From assembly GCA_040386535.1 (NCBI GenBank), contig JAZKFH010000009.1, positions 337,396 through 394,005 on the forward strand: 56,610 bases of DNA. The letters are read 5' to 3'. The notes under the pieces were generated by a model, which saw nothing but the letters and a program-made list of their open reading frames with translations, did not search any database and was not told the DNA's origin. Shown here one piece after another: positions 45,220 through 54,004 of the stretch. The position numbers and the translations under genes were made by a program. Origin of the DNA: Myxococcota bacterium (lineage in GTDB: Bacteria; Myxococcota_A; UBA796; SXON01). How positions within the stretch are numbered: the first letter of the stretch is position 1; every line of letters starts with the position of its first letter.

Positions 45220-48200
45220 CTAAAACCCCCCCAACGCCTCCGCCGCCGCCTGCCGGAACGGGTGGTGCCCGTGCTCGGTGGCCCGTGCGGCGAGCTCGAG
45301 GAAACGCTGGCGGGCGCCGATGATGTCGCCGCGGTCGGAGCGGCGGTGGCCGTCGAGGGCGAGCACCCACAAGAACAGCTCCACCCACGAGGCGCGGGCG
45401 GCCTCCTCGTAGAGGGCGGCCCACACCGGGCCCGACGGCGGGTCGAGCAGCGAGCGCTGCACGCGCGCGTAGAGATCCAGTTCGCGAAAGCCGGACGCGG
45501 CGGCCACGGCCTGGGCATCGTCGAGGATGGCGAGCGCGCCGGTGCGGTCCTGGCGCCCGAGGCGCACGCGGGTGAGCTCCAGGCGCGTCTCCACGGCGTA
45601 GTAGCCGTGGGCGGGCGCACGTTCGGCGGCATGGAGCGCGCGGGAGGGCTCCTCCTGGGTGCGCCACCACCGGGTCGCCGCCGCGGCGAAGGGGCCGTGG
45701 GCCGTGCGGTCGGAGGGGGAGGTGCCGAGCGACTCGTGCTCGTCGAGGACGCGGGCGGCGCCAGCGATGTCGCCCCGGGTGGTGGCGACCGCGAGCAGCA
45801 CGGCCAGCGAGAGGCTGCGCACGTCCCGGAGGTTCAGGCGACGCGCCACGACCAGGGCTTCCTGCGCGAGGAGCTGGGCCGCCGCGGCGTCTCCGCGCCC
45901 CACGAGCAGCCACGCGAGCCACGCCGCGGCCTCGGCCGCCCCGCCCCGCTCGCCCGCTTCGAGGCGGGCCCGGCGCGCGCGCTCGATGGCGGCCTCGCCC
46001 TGGGCGCGATCCCCCAGCCACGCACAGAGCAGCCCGAGCCGCTGGCTGTGGCCCGCCACGCCGGGCAGGTAGCCCAGGCCCGCCGCGAGCCGCAACCCGC
46101 GCTGGCACAAGGTGAGCGCGCCGCGCAGATCGCCGCGCGCGATCGCGACGTCGGTGCGCACGGCGTCCAACGCGGTCTGCTCGATGTCGCCCTTCCAGCC
46201 GCCGCGCAGCTCCTCGGCGCGGTCCAGCCCGATCGTGGCGGCGTCGAACTCGCCCAGCTCGACCCGCACCGCCGCGGCCCGCACGCCGGCGCGTACGGCG
46301 ACCTCCGGCGAGCCCACCCCCGCCGCGATGCCCGCGCGGCTCGCGACGGTCAGCCATGTCACCAGCGCGGTGCGGGCGTCGCCATGGCGCAAGGCGAGCT
46401 CGGCGCCGAGGAGCGCGGCCTGGGCGCGCTCGACGTCGGTGGAGGCCCGCGCGGCGGCCATCGCCACGAGGTCCTCGCGGGGGCGCTCCGAGCCGATCGC
46501 GGACGCGACCGAGGCGCGGCACGCCGCGAGCGCGAAGCGGAGGCGCGCGTAGGCGTCGCTCGTGCGGTCGCGGGGGAGGGAGTCGACCAGCACGAGCCAG
46601 TCGCGGGCCTCGCGGTAGCGGCCGGCGCGCTCGGCCTCCAACGCTGCCTGCACGGCGGGGGCGAAGGCGGCGGCGATGTCGTCGGCGAGCAGGAAGGCGC
46701 GCGCGCGGGCGGCATGCCGCTCGGGGCCGGGGTCCTTCGCCCAGGCCTCCGCCAACCGCAGGGCCTCCGCGGGGCGCTTGACCGTGCGGGCGAGCGCGTG
46801 CGCACGCGCCGCTTCACTCGCGACGCGGTACCGGGACGACGGCCCGGCCGGCCCCACGCGCTCCAGCACCCCTTCGAGCACGAGGGCGTCGGGGTCGACC
46901 CCGAGGGCGAGCCACCCGTCGCGGTGCAGCGGGCGGGCCTCCAGGGCGGCGGGGAAGGCGGCCGGCGGGAGGCAGGGTGGAGCCACGTTCCGCAGGCGCG
47001 CCAACGCGGCACGGCCCGCCTCGGTGGCGCGCAGGGGAGAGCCGGCCACCGCGCGCAGATCGGTGCCGTCGGGCACGAGATCGCTGGCGACGAGCGTGGC
47101 CGCGGCGGCGTCGAGATCGGGGAGGTGGTGGATCGTCGCGAGCGCCTGGTGGACCAGCTCGTTGATGGTCTTCTGGCAGCGCCGCGTCGCGTGGCGATCG
47201 TCCACGATGCAGAGGATGGAGAGCTCGCGGGGGGCCACGCGGGCCAGCCGGTCGAGCAGGCGGGCGGTGAACTTGTCGATCTCGTCGAGGTCTTCGAGCA
47301 CCACGAGGAGGCCGTCGCCCGCGGCGCGACCGAGCGCGGCGGAGGCGGCGCGCACGACGTCCTGGGCGGTGGACGCGAGGCCCGGGCCGGGGAGCGGTTC
47401 GAGCGGCAGGTGGGGCCACATCTCCAGGAGCGGGCCGGTGTCGCCGCCGCCGACCTTGTGCCGCCACGCGCCGTCGGCGGGGGCCTCCAGGAGCGCCTCG
47501 AGCACCTCCTCGATCGCGCCGCCGGGGCGCTCGACGCGGCACCGCCCGCGCACGGTGCGGGTGCCCTGGAGGAGCGCCTGGCGCCGGATGTGCTCCGCGG
47601 CGCGGCGCCGGCCGCTCCCGGCGGGCCCTTCGAGCACGAGCACGCGCGGCCCGTTCCCCTTGAGAAACGCCTCCGCGGCGGCGAGCACCGCCGGGGTGCC
47701 GACGTAGGCGTGTGGTTCGGGCCACTCCCGGCGCCCCTTTCCTTCCGCACAGGCGCGGAACAGCGTGGCCGCGGTCGCGGCGTCCGGCCGATCGCGGGGG
47801 TCGAACGCCACGAGGCGGTCGATGACCGCGGACATGTCGAGCGGCACCACCGGATCGATCGACGCGAGCGGGCGCGGGCGGTCGAGGCACTGGATGCGGA
47901 GCCAGTCCTGCGGGCGCGGCGGGCGCGGCCGCTTCCCGACGACACCCTCGTAGAGCATCAGCCCGACCGCGAACAGATCACACTTGGGTGTCAGCGGCTG
48001 GCCGCCCACCTGCTCGGGCGCCATGAAGGGGAGGGTGCCGACGAGCCCGCCCTCGCCGGTCAGCGGGTCGCCGTCGACCCAGGCGCGCGCCACGCCGAAG
48101 TCGAGCACGTGGGGGAGCCCGTGGCTGTCCACCAGCACGTTGGAGGGCTTCAGATCGCGGTGCATCAGCCCCGCGCGGTGCACGCCGGCGAGCGCGTCAC

Positions 48201-48555
48201 AAAGCGGCGGCGCCACGTGCAGGACGCGCTGGATGCGCGCCTCGACGCTGCCCCCGGCCTCGATCCACGAGCGGATCGGCAGCCCGTGCACCACGTCCAT
48301 CGCGTACCAGAGGAAGCGATCGTCGAGCCCCGCGTCGTGCACGCGCACCACGCCGGGCACCGACAGCCCGCGCAGCGCCTCGAACTCGCGCAGGAAGCGG
48401 CGGTCGAGCTCCGGGTCGCCGCGTCCGCGCACCTTGAGCGCAACCTCGCGGTCCGCGCGGCGCGCGAGGAACACCGTGGCGGTCGAGCCCCGCCCGAGCG
48501 GCTGGGAGAGCACGTAGGGGCCGAGGGTGGCGCCAGGAGCGAGGCGGTCGTTCAC
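45220..48555 (-). CDS. Ser/Thr kinase fused to a degenerate AAA/STAND-like NTPase and TPR-like helical repeats
   Basis: LGRGSTATV, VALK, HRDLKPSN, DFG and GTLPFMAPEQ motifs. LVLEGPAGSGRR, LLVVLEDLD and an Ala-rich helical C-terminus. Confidence 0.85.
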   Translation of the reverse strand: MNDRLAPGATLGPYVLSQPLGRGSTATVFLARRADREVALKVRGRGDPELDRRFLREFEALRGLSVPGVVRVHDAGLDDRFLWYAMDVVHGLPIRSWIEAGGSVEARIQRVLHVAPPLCDALAGVHRAGLMHRDLKPSNVLVDSHGLPHVLDFGVARAWVDGDPLTGEGGLVGTLPFMAPEQVGGQPLTPKCDLFAVGLMLYEGVVGKRPRPPRPQDWLRIQCLDRPRPLASIDPVVPLDMSAVIDRLVAFDPRDRPDAATAATLFRACAEGKGRREWPEPHAYVGTPAVLAAAEAFLKGNGPRVLVLEGPAGSGRRRAAEHIRRQALLQGTRTVRGRCRVERPGGAIEEVLEALLEAPADGAWRHKVGGGDTGPLLEMWPHLPLEPLPGPGLASTAQDVVRAASAALGRAAGDGLLVVLEDLDEIDKFTARLLDRLARVAPRELSILCIVDDRHATRRCQKTINELVHQALATIHHLPDLDAAAATLVASDLVPDGTDLRAVAGSPLRATEAGRAALARLRNVAPPCLPPAAFPAALEARPLHRDGWLALGVDPDALVLEGVLERVGPAGPSSRYRVASEAARAHALARTVKRPAEALRLAEAWAKDPGPERHAARARAFLLADDIAAAFAPAVQAALEAERAGRYREARDWLVLVDSLPRDRTSDAYARLRFALAACRASVASAIGSERPREDLVAMAAARASTDVERAQAALLGAELALRHGDARTALVTWLTVASRAGIAAGVGSPEVAVRAGVRAAAVRVELGEFDAATIGLDRAEELRGGWKGDIEQTALDAVRTDVAIARGDLRGALTLCQRGLRLAAGLGYLPGVAGHSQRLGLLCAWLGDRAQGEAAIERARRARLEAGERGGAAEAAAWLAWLLVGRGDAAAAQLLAQEALVVARRLNLRDVRSLSLAVLLAVATTRGDIAGAARVLDEHESLGTSPSDRTAHGPFAAAATRWWRTQEEPSRALHAAERAPAHGYYAVETRLELTRVRLGRQDRTGALAILDDAQAVAAASGFRELDLYARVQRSLLDPPSGPVWAALYEEAARASWVELFLWVLALDGHRRSDRGDIIGARQRFLELAARATEHGHHPFRQAAAEALGGF

Positions 48556-48592
48556 GAACGAGAGTGTAGTACGGGAGGGGACCGCAGGTCCC

Positions 48593-48626
48593 AAACGACG
48601 AAACGCCCGGTCGAATGACCGGGCGT
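48593..48626 (-). terminator. Probable intrinsic terminator for the 48667-49326 gene
   Basis: Perfect 10-bp stem acgcccggtc-gaat-gaccgggcgt followed on the minus strand by TTCGTCGTTT. Confidence 0.6.
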
Positions 48627-48666
48627 CCGCTCTGATGCCGGGGCGTAGCCCCCCAGCCTCCCTGGC

Positions 48667-49326
48667 TTATTCGCCGAAGGTCGCCTTGGCGTCGAGGAAC
48701 ACGCCCTCGGAGGTCTTCACGAGGCGATCGACGCGGTCGGGCGTGGCGCCCGTGGCCTTCACGTTGTTGCCGACCTTCTTGGTCGACTCCATGAGCTTCA
48801 TCGGGTCGAGGCCCATCGTGGTGAGCTGGCCGGGGAACGCGACGCACGCGTCGGCGAGGGCCTTGGCCTCGGGGACGAGCTGCACGCCGGTGTCGATCAT
48901 GTGCTCGCTCGCGTCGAGGAGCTTGTTCACGGCGTCGATGCCGGTCTGCACGTTCTCGGGGATGGCGTCGGTCGCCTCGAGGCGGGGCATCTTGCCCTTG
49001 AGCGCCACCTTGAGCTTGCCGTTCGCGCGCTTCTTGAGCTCGTCGAACGCGACCTTGAGCGGCTGGTCGGCGGCGACACCGAGCGCCACGGCCACCTGGG
49101 CGCGCGCCTCGACGAGGTGCTTGTCCTCGGTGTCGAGCGTCTCGTGGATGGTCTTGGCCTTCATGAACACGGCGTCGAACTCGGGGATGCCCGTGGCCTC
49201 GATCTTGGGGAGCGGGGTCTCCTTGGCGGCGCCCTTGGTGGTCTTGGCAGGCGCGGCGTCGGCGGTGGGCACGCCACCGAGGGCGCCGAGGAAGGGGAGG
49301 ACGAGGAGGAGGCGAAGGAAACGCAT
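48667..49326 (-). CDS. Secreted alpha-helical hypothetical protein
   Basis: Signal peptide, Lys/Ala-rich helical sequence, strongly GC3-biased codons. Confidence 0.8.
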   Translation of the reverse strand: MRFLRLLLVLPFLGALGGVPTADAAPAKTTKGAAKETPLPKIEATGIPEFDAVFMKAKTIHETLDTEDKHLVEARAQVAVALGVAADQPLKVAFDELKKRANGKLKVALKGKMPRLEATDAIPENVQTGIDAVNKLLDASEHMIDTGVQLVPEAKALADACVAFPGQLTTMGLDPMKLMESTKKVGNNVKATGATPDRVDRLVKTSEGVFLDAKATFGE

Positions 49327-49427
49327 GGAGATCCCGCGGTGAGTTGGGTCGGCGGCGGCGTAACCAGGATTTGCCGAACGTCAATCCGCGCCGCCAGGGG
49401 TCTATGATCCCCGCGTTCGGAGTTCCC

Positions 49428-50960
49428 ATGCGCTGGTTCGTCCGCGGCGATCTCGACGGCTTCTTCGGGCTGGCTCTCGACAACCTCGTCCAGCTGCTCG
49501 TCATCGACGCGCTCTGCCGCCACGTGCTCGGCTTCGACGACGCCCTGATCCTCGGCCGCGTGCTCCCCGCCGCCGCCACGAGCGTGCTCGTCGGAAACCT
49601 GTTCTACGCCTTACAAGCGCATCGCCTCGGCCGCGCGACCGGCCGCGACGACATCTGCGCGTTGCCCTACGGCATCAACACGCCGAGCGTCTTCGCCTAC
49701 GTGTTCCTCGTCATGCTCCCCGTGAAGCTCGCCACCGGGGATGCGCGCGCCGCCTGGCACGCCGGGCTGGTGGCCTGCCTCGGCAGCGGCGTCATCGAGC
49801 TCGTGGGCAGCCTGGGCGCCGACTGGGTGCGTCGCCACGTGCCGCGCGCCGCGCTGCTCTCCACGTTGGCCGGCATCGCGCTCACTTTCATCTCCCTCGG
49901 CTTCCTGTTCCGCACCTACGCCACGCCGGTCGTGGGGCTCGCCACGTTCATGGTCGTGAGCCTCACGTACTTCGGCCGCCTCCGCTTCAAGGGCGGCGTG
50001 CCCGGCGGGCTCGTGGCCGTGCTCCTCGGCACCGCCCTCGCCTGGATCCTCGGCCTCGCCCCGGTCGGCGCGCCCCCCACGAGCGTCGGGCTCCACCTCC
50101 CCGTGCCGGTCCTCGGCGATCTCCTGGAGGCCCTCTCCAGCGGCTACGTGTGGACCTACCTCGGCGTCATCGTGCCGATGGGCCTGTTCAACCTCGTGGG
50201 ATCGCTCCAGAACCTCGAGAGCGCCGAGGCCGCCGGCGACCGCTTCCCAACCGTGCCCTCGCTCGCGGCCAACGGGCTCGGCACCATCGTGGCGGCGATC
50301 TTCGGCTCGTGTTTTCCCACCACCATCTACATCGGGCACCCCGGGTGGAAGGCGCTCGGCGCGCGCGCCGGGTACTCGTGGATGAACGGGATCTTCCTCA
50401 CCGTCGTGTGTCTCACCGGCACGCTCGGTTGGATCGCGTGGGCGGTGCCGATCGAGGCTGGCATGGCGATCGTCCTCTGGATCGGCATCGTCATCACCGC
50501 GCAAGCGTTCACCGCCACCCCGCGTGCCCACGCGCCCGCCGTCGTCCTCGGCCTGTTGCCCGGGGTGGCCGCGTGGGGCGCCATGATGGTCAAGGCGGGC
50601 GTGCGCGCGGCGGACGGCACGTTCGGCCCCGAGCTGGGCGTGGCGCTCACCCGCGCCGACATCTACGCGGACGGCTTGTTCGCGCTCGAGCAGGGCTTCA
50701 TCTTCACCGCGATGGTGCTCGCCGCCACCACGGTCGAGGTCATCGAGGGGCGCTTCCGACGCGCCGCCGCCTGCATGCTCGTCGGATCGGGGCTGGCCGC
50801 CGTGGGCCTCATCCACGGGTGGGAGTGGGGCGTGGCGGACACCGTGCTCGTCACCACGCCCGGCGCCGCCATGAACGCCGCGTTCGGCTACGCGGCCGGC
50901 GCGCTCGTCCTGTTCGTGGCGCCGTGGTTGGGCGAGCGGGTGGGCACGGCGCACGAGTGA
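49428..50960 (+). CDS. NCS2/AzgA-like permease
   Basis: GDLDGFFGLALDNL, ALPYG.NTP, QNLESAEAAGD and FPTTIYIGHPGWK..GAR.GYS motifs. More than 10 TM helices. Confidence 0.8.
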   Translation: MRWFVRGDLDGFFGLALDNLVQLLVIDALCRHVLGFDDALILGRVLPAAATSVLVGNLFYALQAHRLGRATGRDDICALPYGINTPSVFAYVFLVMLPVKLATGDARAAWHAGLVACLGSGVIELVGSLGADWVRRHVPRAALLSTLAGIALTFISLGFLFRTYATPVVGLATFMVVSLTYFGRLRFKGGVPGGLVAVLLGTALAWILGLAPVGAPPTSVGLHLPVPVLGDLLEALSSGYVWTYLGVIVPMGLFNLVGSLQNLESAEAAGDRFPTVPSLAANGLGTIVAAIFGSCFPTTIYIGHPGWKALGARAGYSWMNGIFLTVVCLTGTLGWIAWAVPIEAGMAIVLWIGIVITAQAFTATPRAHAPAVVLGLLPGVAAWGAMMVKAGVRAADGTFGPELGVALTRADIYADGLFALEQGFIFTAMVLAATTVEVIEGRFRRAAACMLVGSGLAAVGLIHGWEWGVADTVLVTTPGAAMNAAFGYAAGALVLFVAPWLGERVGTAHE

Positions 50961-50978
50961 GAACGGATAGGCGGGCGC

Positions 50979-52148
50979 ATGCTGCTGTTCCGCAACGCCA
51001 CCGTCTTTGCGCCCGAGCCCCTCGGCCGGTGTGACGTCCTCGTCGCCGGCGGCACCATCGCCGCCGTCGGGCCCGATCTCGCGCCGCCGCCCGCGGGCTG
51101 GCCCTGCGAGGTGGTCGACCTCGACGGCGCCCGACTCGTGCCCGGCCTCGTCGACGCGCACACCCACCTGACCGGCGGGGGAGGGGAGGGCGGCGCGCGC
51201 ACCAAGGTGCCGGCGGTGCCGCTCACGTCGTTCACCCGCGCCGGGGTCACGACCGCGATTGGGTTGCTCGGGACAGACGGCACCACGCGTTCGATCGCGG
51301 AGCTGCTCGCCGCGGCCCGCGCGCTCGACGAGCTGGGCCTCACCGCGCTTTGTTACACTGGCGGCTACGAGGTGCCTCCCGTCACGTTGACCGGCAGCGT
51401 GCGCGGGGACCTGGTGCACGTCGATCGCATCGTGGCCGTCGGCGAGCTCGCCCTCTCCGACCACCGCAGCTCCCAACCCACGTGGGACGAATTGGTGCGT
51501 GTCGCCGCTGACGCCCATGTCGCCGGGTTGATGACAGGAAAAGCGGGTTTGCTCCATCTCCACCTCGGTGACGGAGCGCGCGGCCTCGCCCTCGTCCGCC
51601 GCGCCCTCACCGACACCGAGCTGCCCGCGCGCGTGTTCCACCCCACCCACACCAATCGCAATCGCCGCTTGTGGGAGGAGGCCAAGGCGCTCGGCGCGGA
51701 ATTCGGCGCGCGCGGCCTCCATGTGGACGTGTCCGCCTTCGACGCCGACGGGGACGCGCCCAGCGGCGGCCAGGCCCTCGCCGAGTGGGTGGCGGCCGGC
51801 CTCGATCCCGCCCGCCTGACCCTCTCCAGTGACGGCGGCGGCTGCCTCCCCACCTTCGACCGCGACGGCGTGCTCCTCCACATGGAGGTCGGCTCGTCCG
51901 CGACCCTGCTCGTGGCGGTGCGCGAGGCCGTCACCCTGGGCGTGCCGTTCGAAACCGCGCTCGCAACGTGCACCGCCAACGTCGCGCGGCTGTTCCGCCT
52001 CCAAAAGAAGGGCCGCGTAGCCGTGGGCGCGGACGCCGATCTCGTGGTGCTCTCCCCCGATCTACACGTCACCGACGTGCTCGCCAGGGGGGCGTGGATG
52101 GTGCGGGGCGGCGCGCCGGTGGTGCGGGGGTTGTTCGAGCAGGGGTAG
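50979..52148 (+). CDS. iadA: Isoaspartyl dipeptidase (beta-aspartyl peptidase)
   Basis: PGLVDAHTHLTGGGGEGG, GLLGTDG, TGGY..P, ELALSDHRSSQP, HLGDG, PTH.NRN and SSDGGGCLP motifs. Confidence 0.92.
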   Translation: MLLFRNATVFAPEPLGRCDVLVAGGTIAAVGPDLAPPPAGWPCEVVDLDGARLVPGLVDAHTHLTGGGGEGGARTKVPAVPLTSFTRAGVTTAIGLLGTDGTTRSIAELLAAARALDELGLTALCYTGGYEVPPVTLTGSVRGDLVHVDRIVAVGELALSDHRSSQPTWDELVRVAADAHVAGLMTGKAGLLHLHLGDGARGLALVRRALTDTELPARVFHPTHTNRNRRLWEEAKALGAEFGARGLHVDVSAFDADGDAPSGGQALAEWVAAGLDPARLTLSSDGGGCLPTFDRDGVLLHMEVGSSATLLVAVREAVTLGVPFETALATCTANVARLFRLQKKGRVAVGADADLVVLSPDLHVTDVLARGAWMVRGGAPVVRGLFEQG

Positions 52149-52211
52149 CGCGAGGGGTAGCGTCGGCGGGCTCCCCGAGCAGTTAAGCCGCGCTCCCAGG
52201 AAGGAGTTGGC

Positions 52212-53069
52212 ATGGCTACAGTCGCAGTGTTGGGCGCCGGGTTGCTCGGCAGCGGAATGGTGGAGAACCTGCTGGAGAAGGGCGAACGCGTGGTGGTGTG
52301 GAACCGCACCGCGTCGAAGCTCGTGCCGCTCGTCCAGAAGGGGGCCGTGGCGGCTCCGGACGCGGCCAGCGCGGTCCAGGGTGCCGACCGGGTGCACCTC
52401 GTCCTCACGGCGGACGACGCGGTGGATGCGACGATCGCCGCCCTCCGCCCCGGCCTCGCCGCCACCACGCCCGTCCTCGACCACTCGACCAACCTCCCGG
52501 AGCGCGTCGCCGAGCGGTACACGCGCCTGCGGTTCGACGGGGTGCGCTACCTGCACGCGCCCGTGTTCATGTCGCCGCAGAACGCCCGCACCGGCACGGG
52601 CATCATGCTCCTTGCGGGCCCCAAGCCCGAGGTCGACGCGCTCCTGCCCGACCTCCAGACGATGACCGGGCGGGTGTGGCACGTGGGGGATCGCCCCGAT
52701 CTCGCGGCGATCCACAAGCTCTTCGGCAACGGCATGCTCATCGCGCTCGCCGGCACCATGGGTGATTTGTTCACCATCGGCGCCGCCCAGGGCCTGACCC
52801 CGGAGGACGTGCTCCCGCTGTTCGACGTGTTCCGTCCCGGAAACGGCATCCCCGGCATCGGCCAGCGCGTCGTCAGCGCGGGCGCCGTCCCCGCCAGCTT
52901 CGAGTTGTCCATGGCCCGCAAGGACGTGCGGCTGATGATCGAGGCCGCGGGCGGCCCCGAGGGGCTGGTGGTGCTCCCCGGCATCGCCAAGGCCATGGAC
53001 GACGCGATCGCCGAGGGCCTCGGGGACCAGGACTTCGCGCTGTTCGCGTGGCCCCGGCGGCGCGGGTAG
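52212..53069 (+). CDS. NAD(P)-dependent beta-hydroxyacid dehydrogenase family protein
   Basis: LGAGLLGSGM, WNRT, DHST, HAPV, KL.GN and F.L..ARKD motifs. Confidence 0.85.
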   Translation: MATVAVLGAGLLGSGMVENLLEKGERVVVWNRTASKLVPLVQKGAVAAPDAASAVQGADRVHLVLTADDAVDATIAALRPGLAATTPVLDHSTNLPERVAERYTRLRFDGVRYLHAPVFMSPQNARTGTGIMLLAGPKPEVDALLPDLQTMTGRVWHVGDRPDLAAIHKLFGNGMLIALAGTMGDLFTIGAAQGLTPEDVLPLFDVFRPGNGIPGIGQRVVSAGAVPASFELSMARKDVRLMIEAAGGPEGLVVLPGIAKAMDDAIAEGLGDQDFALFAWPRRRG

Positions 53070-53120
53070 CGGATCGGCGGGGCGCGCCGGGCGGCGCGGC
53101 TTCGGTTAGACGACGCGCCG

Positions 53121-53954
53121 ATGCCTTCGCCCGAACACACCCCCGGCAGCCGCGGCTTCATCATCCCCATCGGCGGCGCCGAGGACAAGGTGAGCGCGCG
53201 GGCCATCTTGAGCCGCTTCGTGCGGCTCTGCGGGGGCGACGAGGCCGTGATCGCGGTCGTCCCCACCGCCTCGGTCGACCCGGAGACCCCCGACCGCTAC
53301 CGCGGCGTCTTCGGTGACCTCGGCGTGCGCAGCGTCACCGTGGTCGACGTCCAGCGCCGCGAGGACGCCCCCGCCGCCACCGCCGCCCTGCTCGACGCCA
53401 CGGGCGTGTTCCTCACCGGCGGCGCCCAGCTCCGCCTCTCCACGCTCCTCGGCGGCACCGACGTGGCGCGGCTCATCCGCCGCATGAACGCCATGGGCGT
53501 GCACGTCGCGGGCACCAGCGCGGGGGCCGCGTTCCTCTCCGAGCACATGATCGCCTTCGGCAAGGAGGGCGGCTCGCCCATCGCCGGCCAGGCCACCCTC
53601 GTGCCGGGCCTCGGCCTGACCAACCGTGTCATCGTCGACCAACACTTCCGCCAACGTGACCGCATGGGCCGCCTCCTCTCCGCGCTGGCCTACAATCCGT
53701 TTGCCATCGGCCTCGGCCTCGACGAGGACACCGCCGCCTTCATCGGCCCCGACAACAAGCTCGAGGTGGTGGGCAGCGGCGGCATCACCGTGGTGGACGC
53801 GGGCGGCCTCGAACACAGCTCCATGGCGACGGTCGACGAGGGCAAGCCCGTCGAGATGATCGGCGTGCGGCTCCACGTGCTGGTCGCCGGTTCGCGATTC
53901 GATTTGCACGCGCGGCGGGCGTTTCCGGCGCCGTTGCCGCCTTCGTTGGAGTAG
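53121..53954 (+). CDS. cphB: Cyanophycinase
   Basis: IGGAEDK, PTAS, TGG.QLRL, GTSAGA (catalytic Ser), DQHFRQRDRMGRL and GLDEDTA motifs. Confidence 0.92.
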   Translation: MPSPEHTPGSRGFIIPIGGAEDKVSARAILSRFVRLCGGDEAVIAVVPTASVDPETPDRYRGVFGDLGVRSVTVVDVQRREDAPAATAALLDATGVFLTGGAQLRLSTLLGGTDVARLIRRMNAMGVHVAGTSAGAAFLSEHMIAFGKEGGSPIAGQATLVPGLGLTNRVIVDQHFRQRDRMGRLLSALAYNPFAIGLGLDEDTAAFIGPDNKLEVVGSGGITVVDAGGLEHSSMATVDEGKPVEMIGVRLHVLVAGSRFDLHARRAFPAPLPPSLE

Positions 53955-54004
53955 GTCGGGCGGACCGGTCGCGTCGGCGGGAAATCCCGTTACGCTCGGG
54001 AAAG

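Noticed and set aside
44653..48618. 1321-aa plus-strand ORF (and 43376-46522 minus-strand ORF)
   Set aside because: Shadow frames over the kinase and phosphatase genes, which carry the recognisable motifs.
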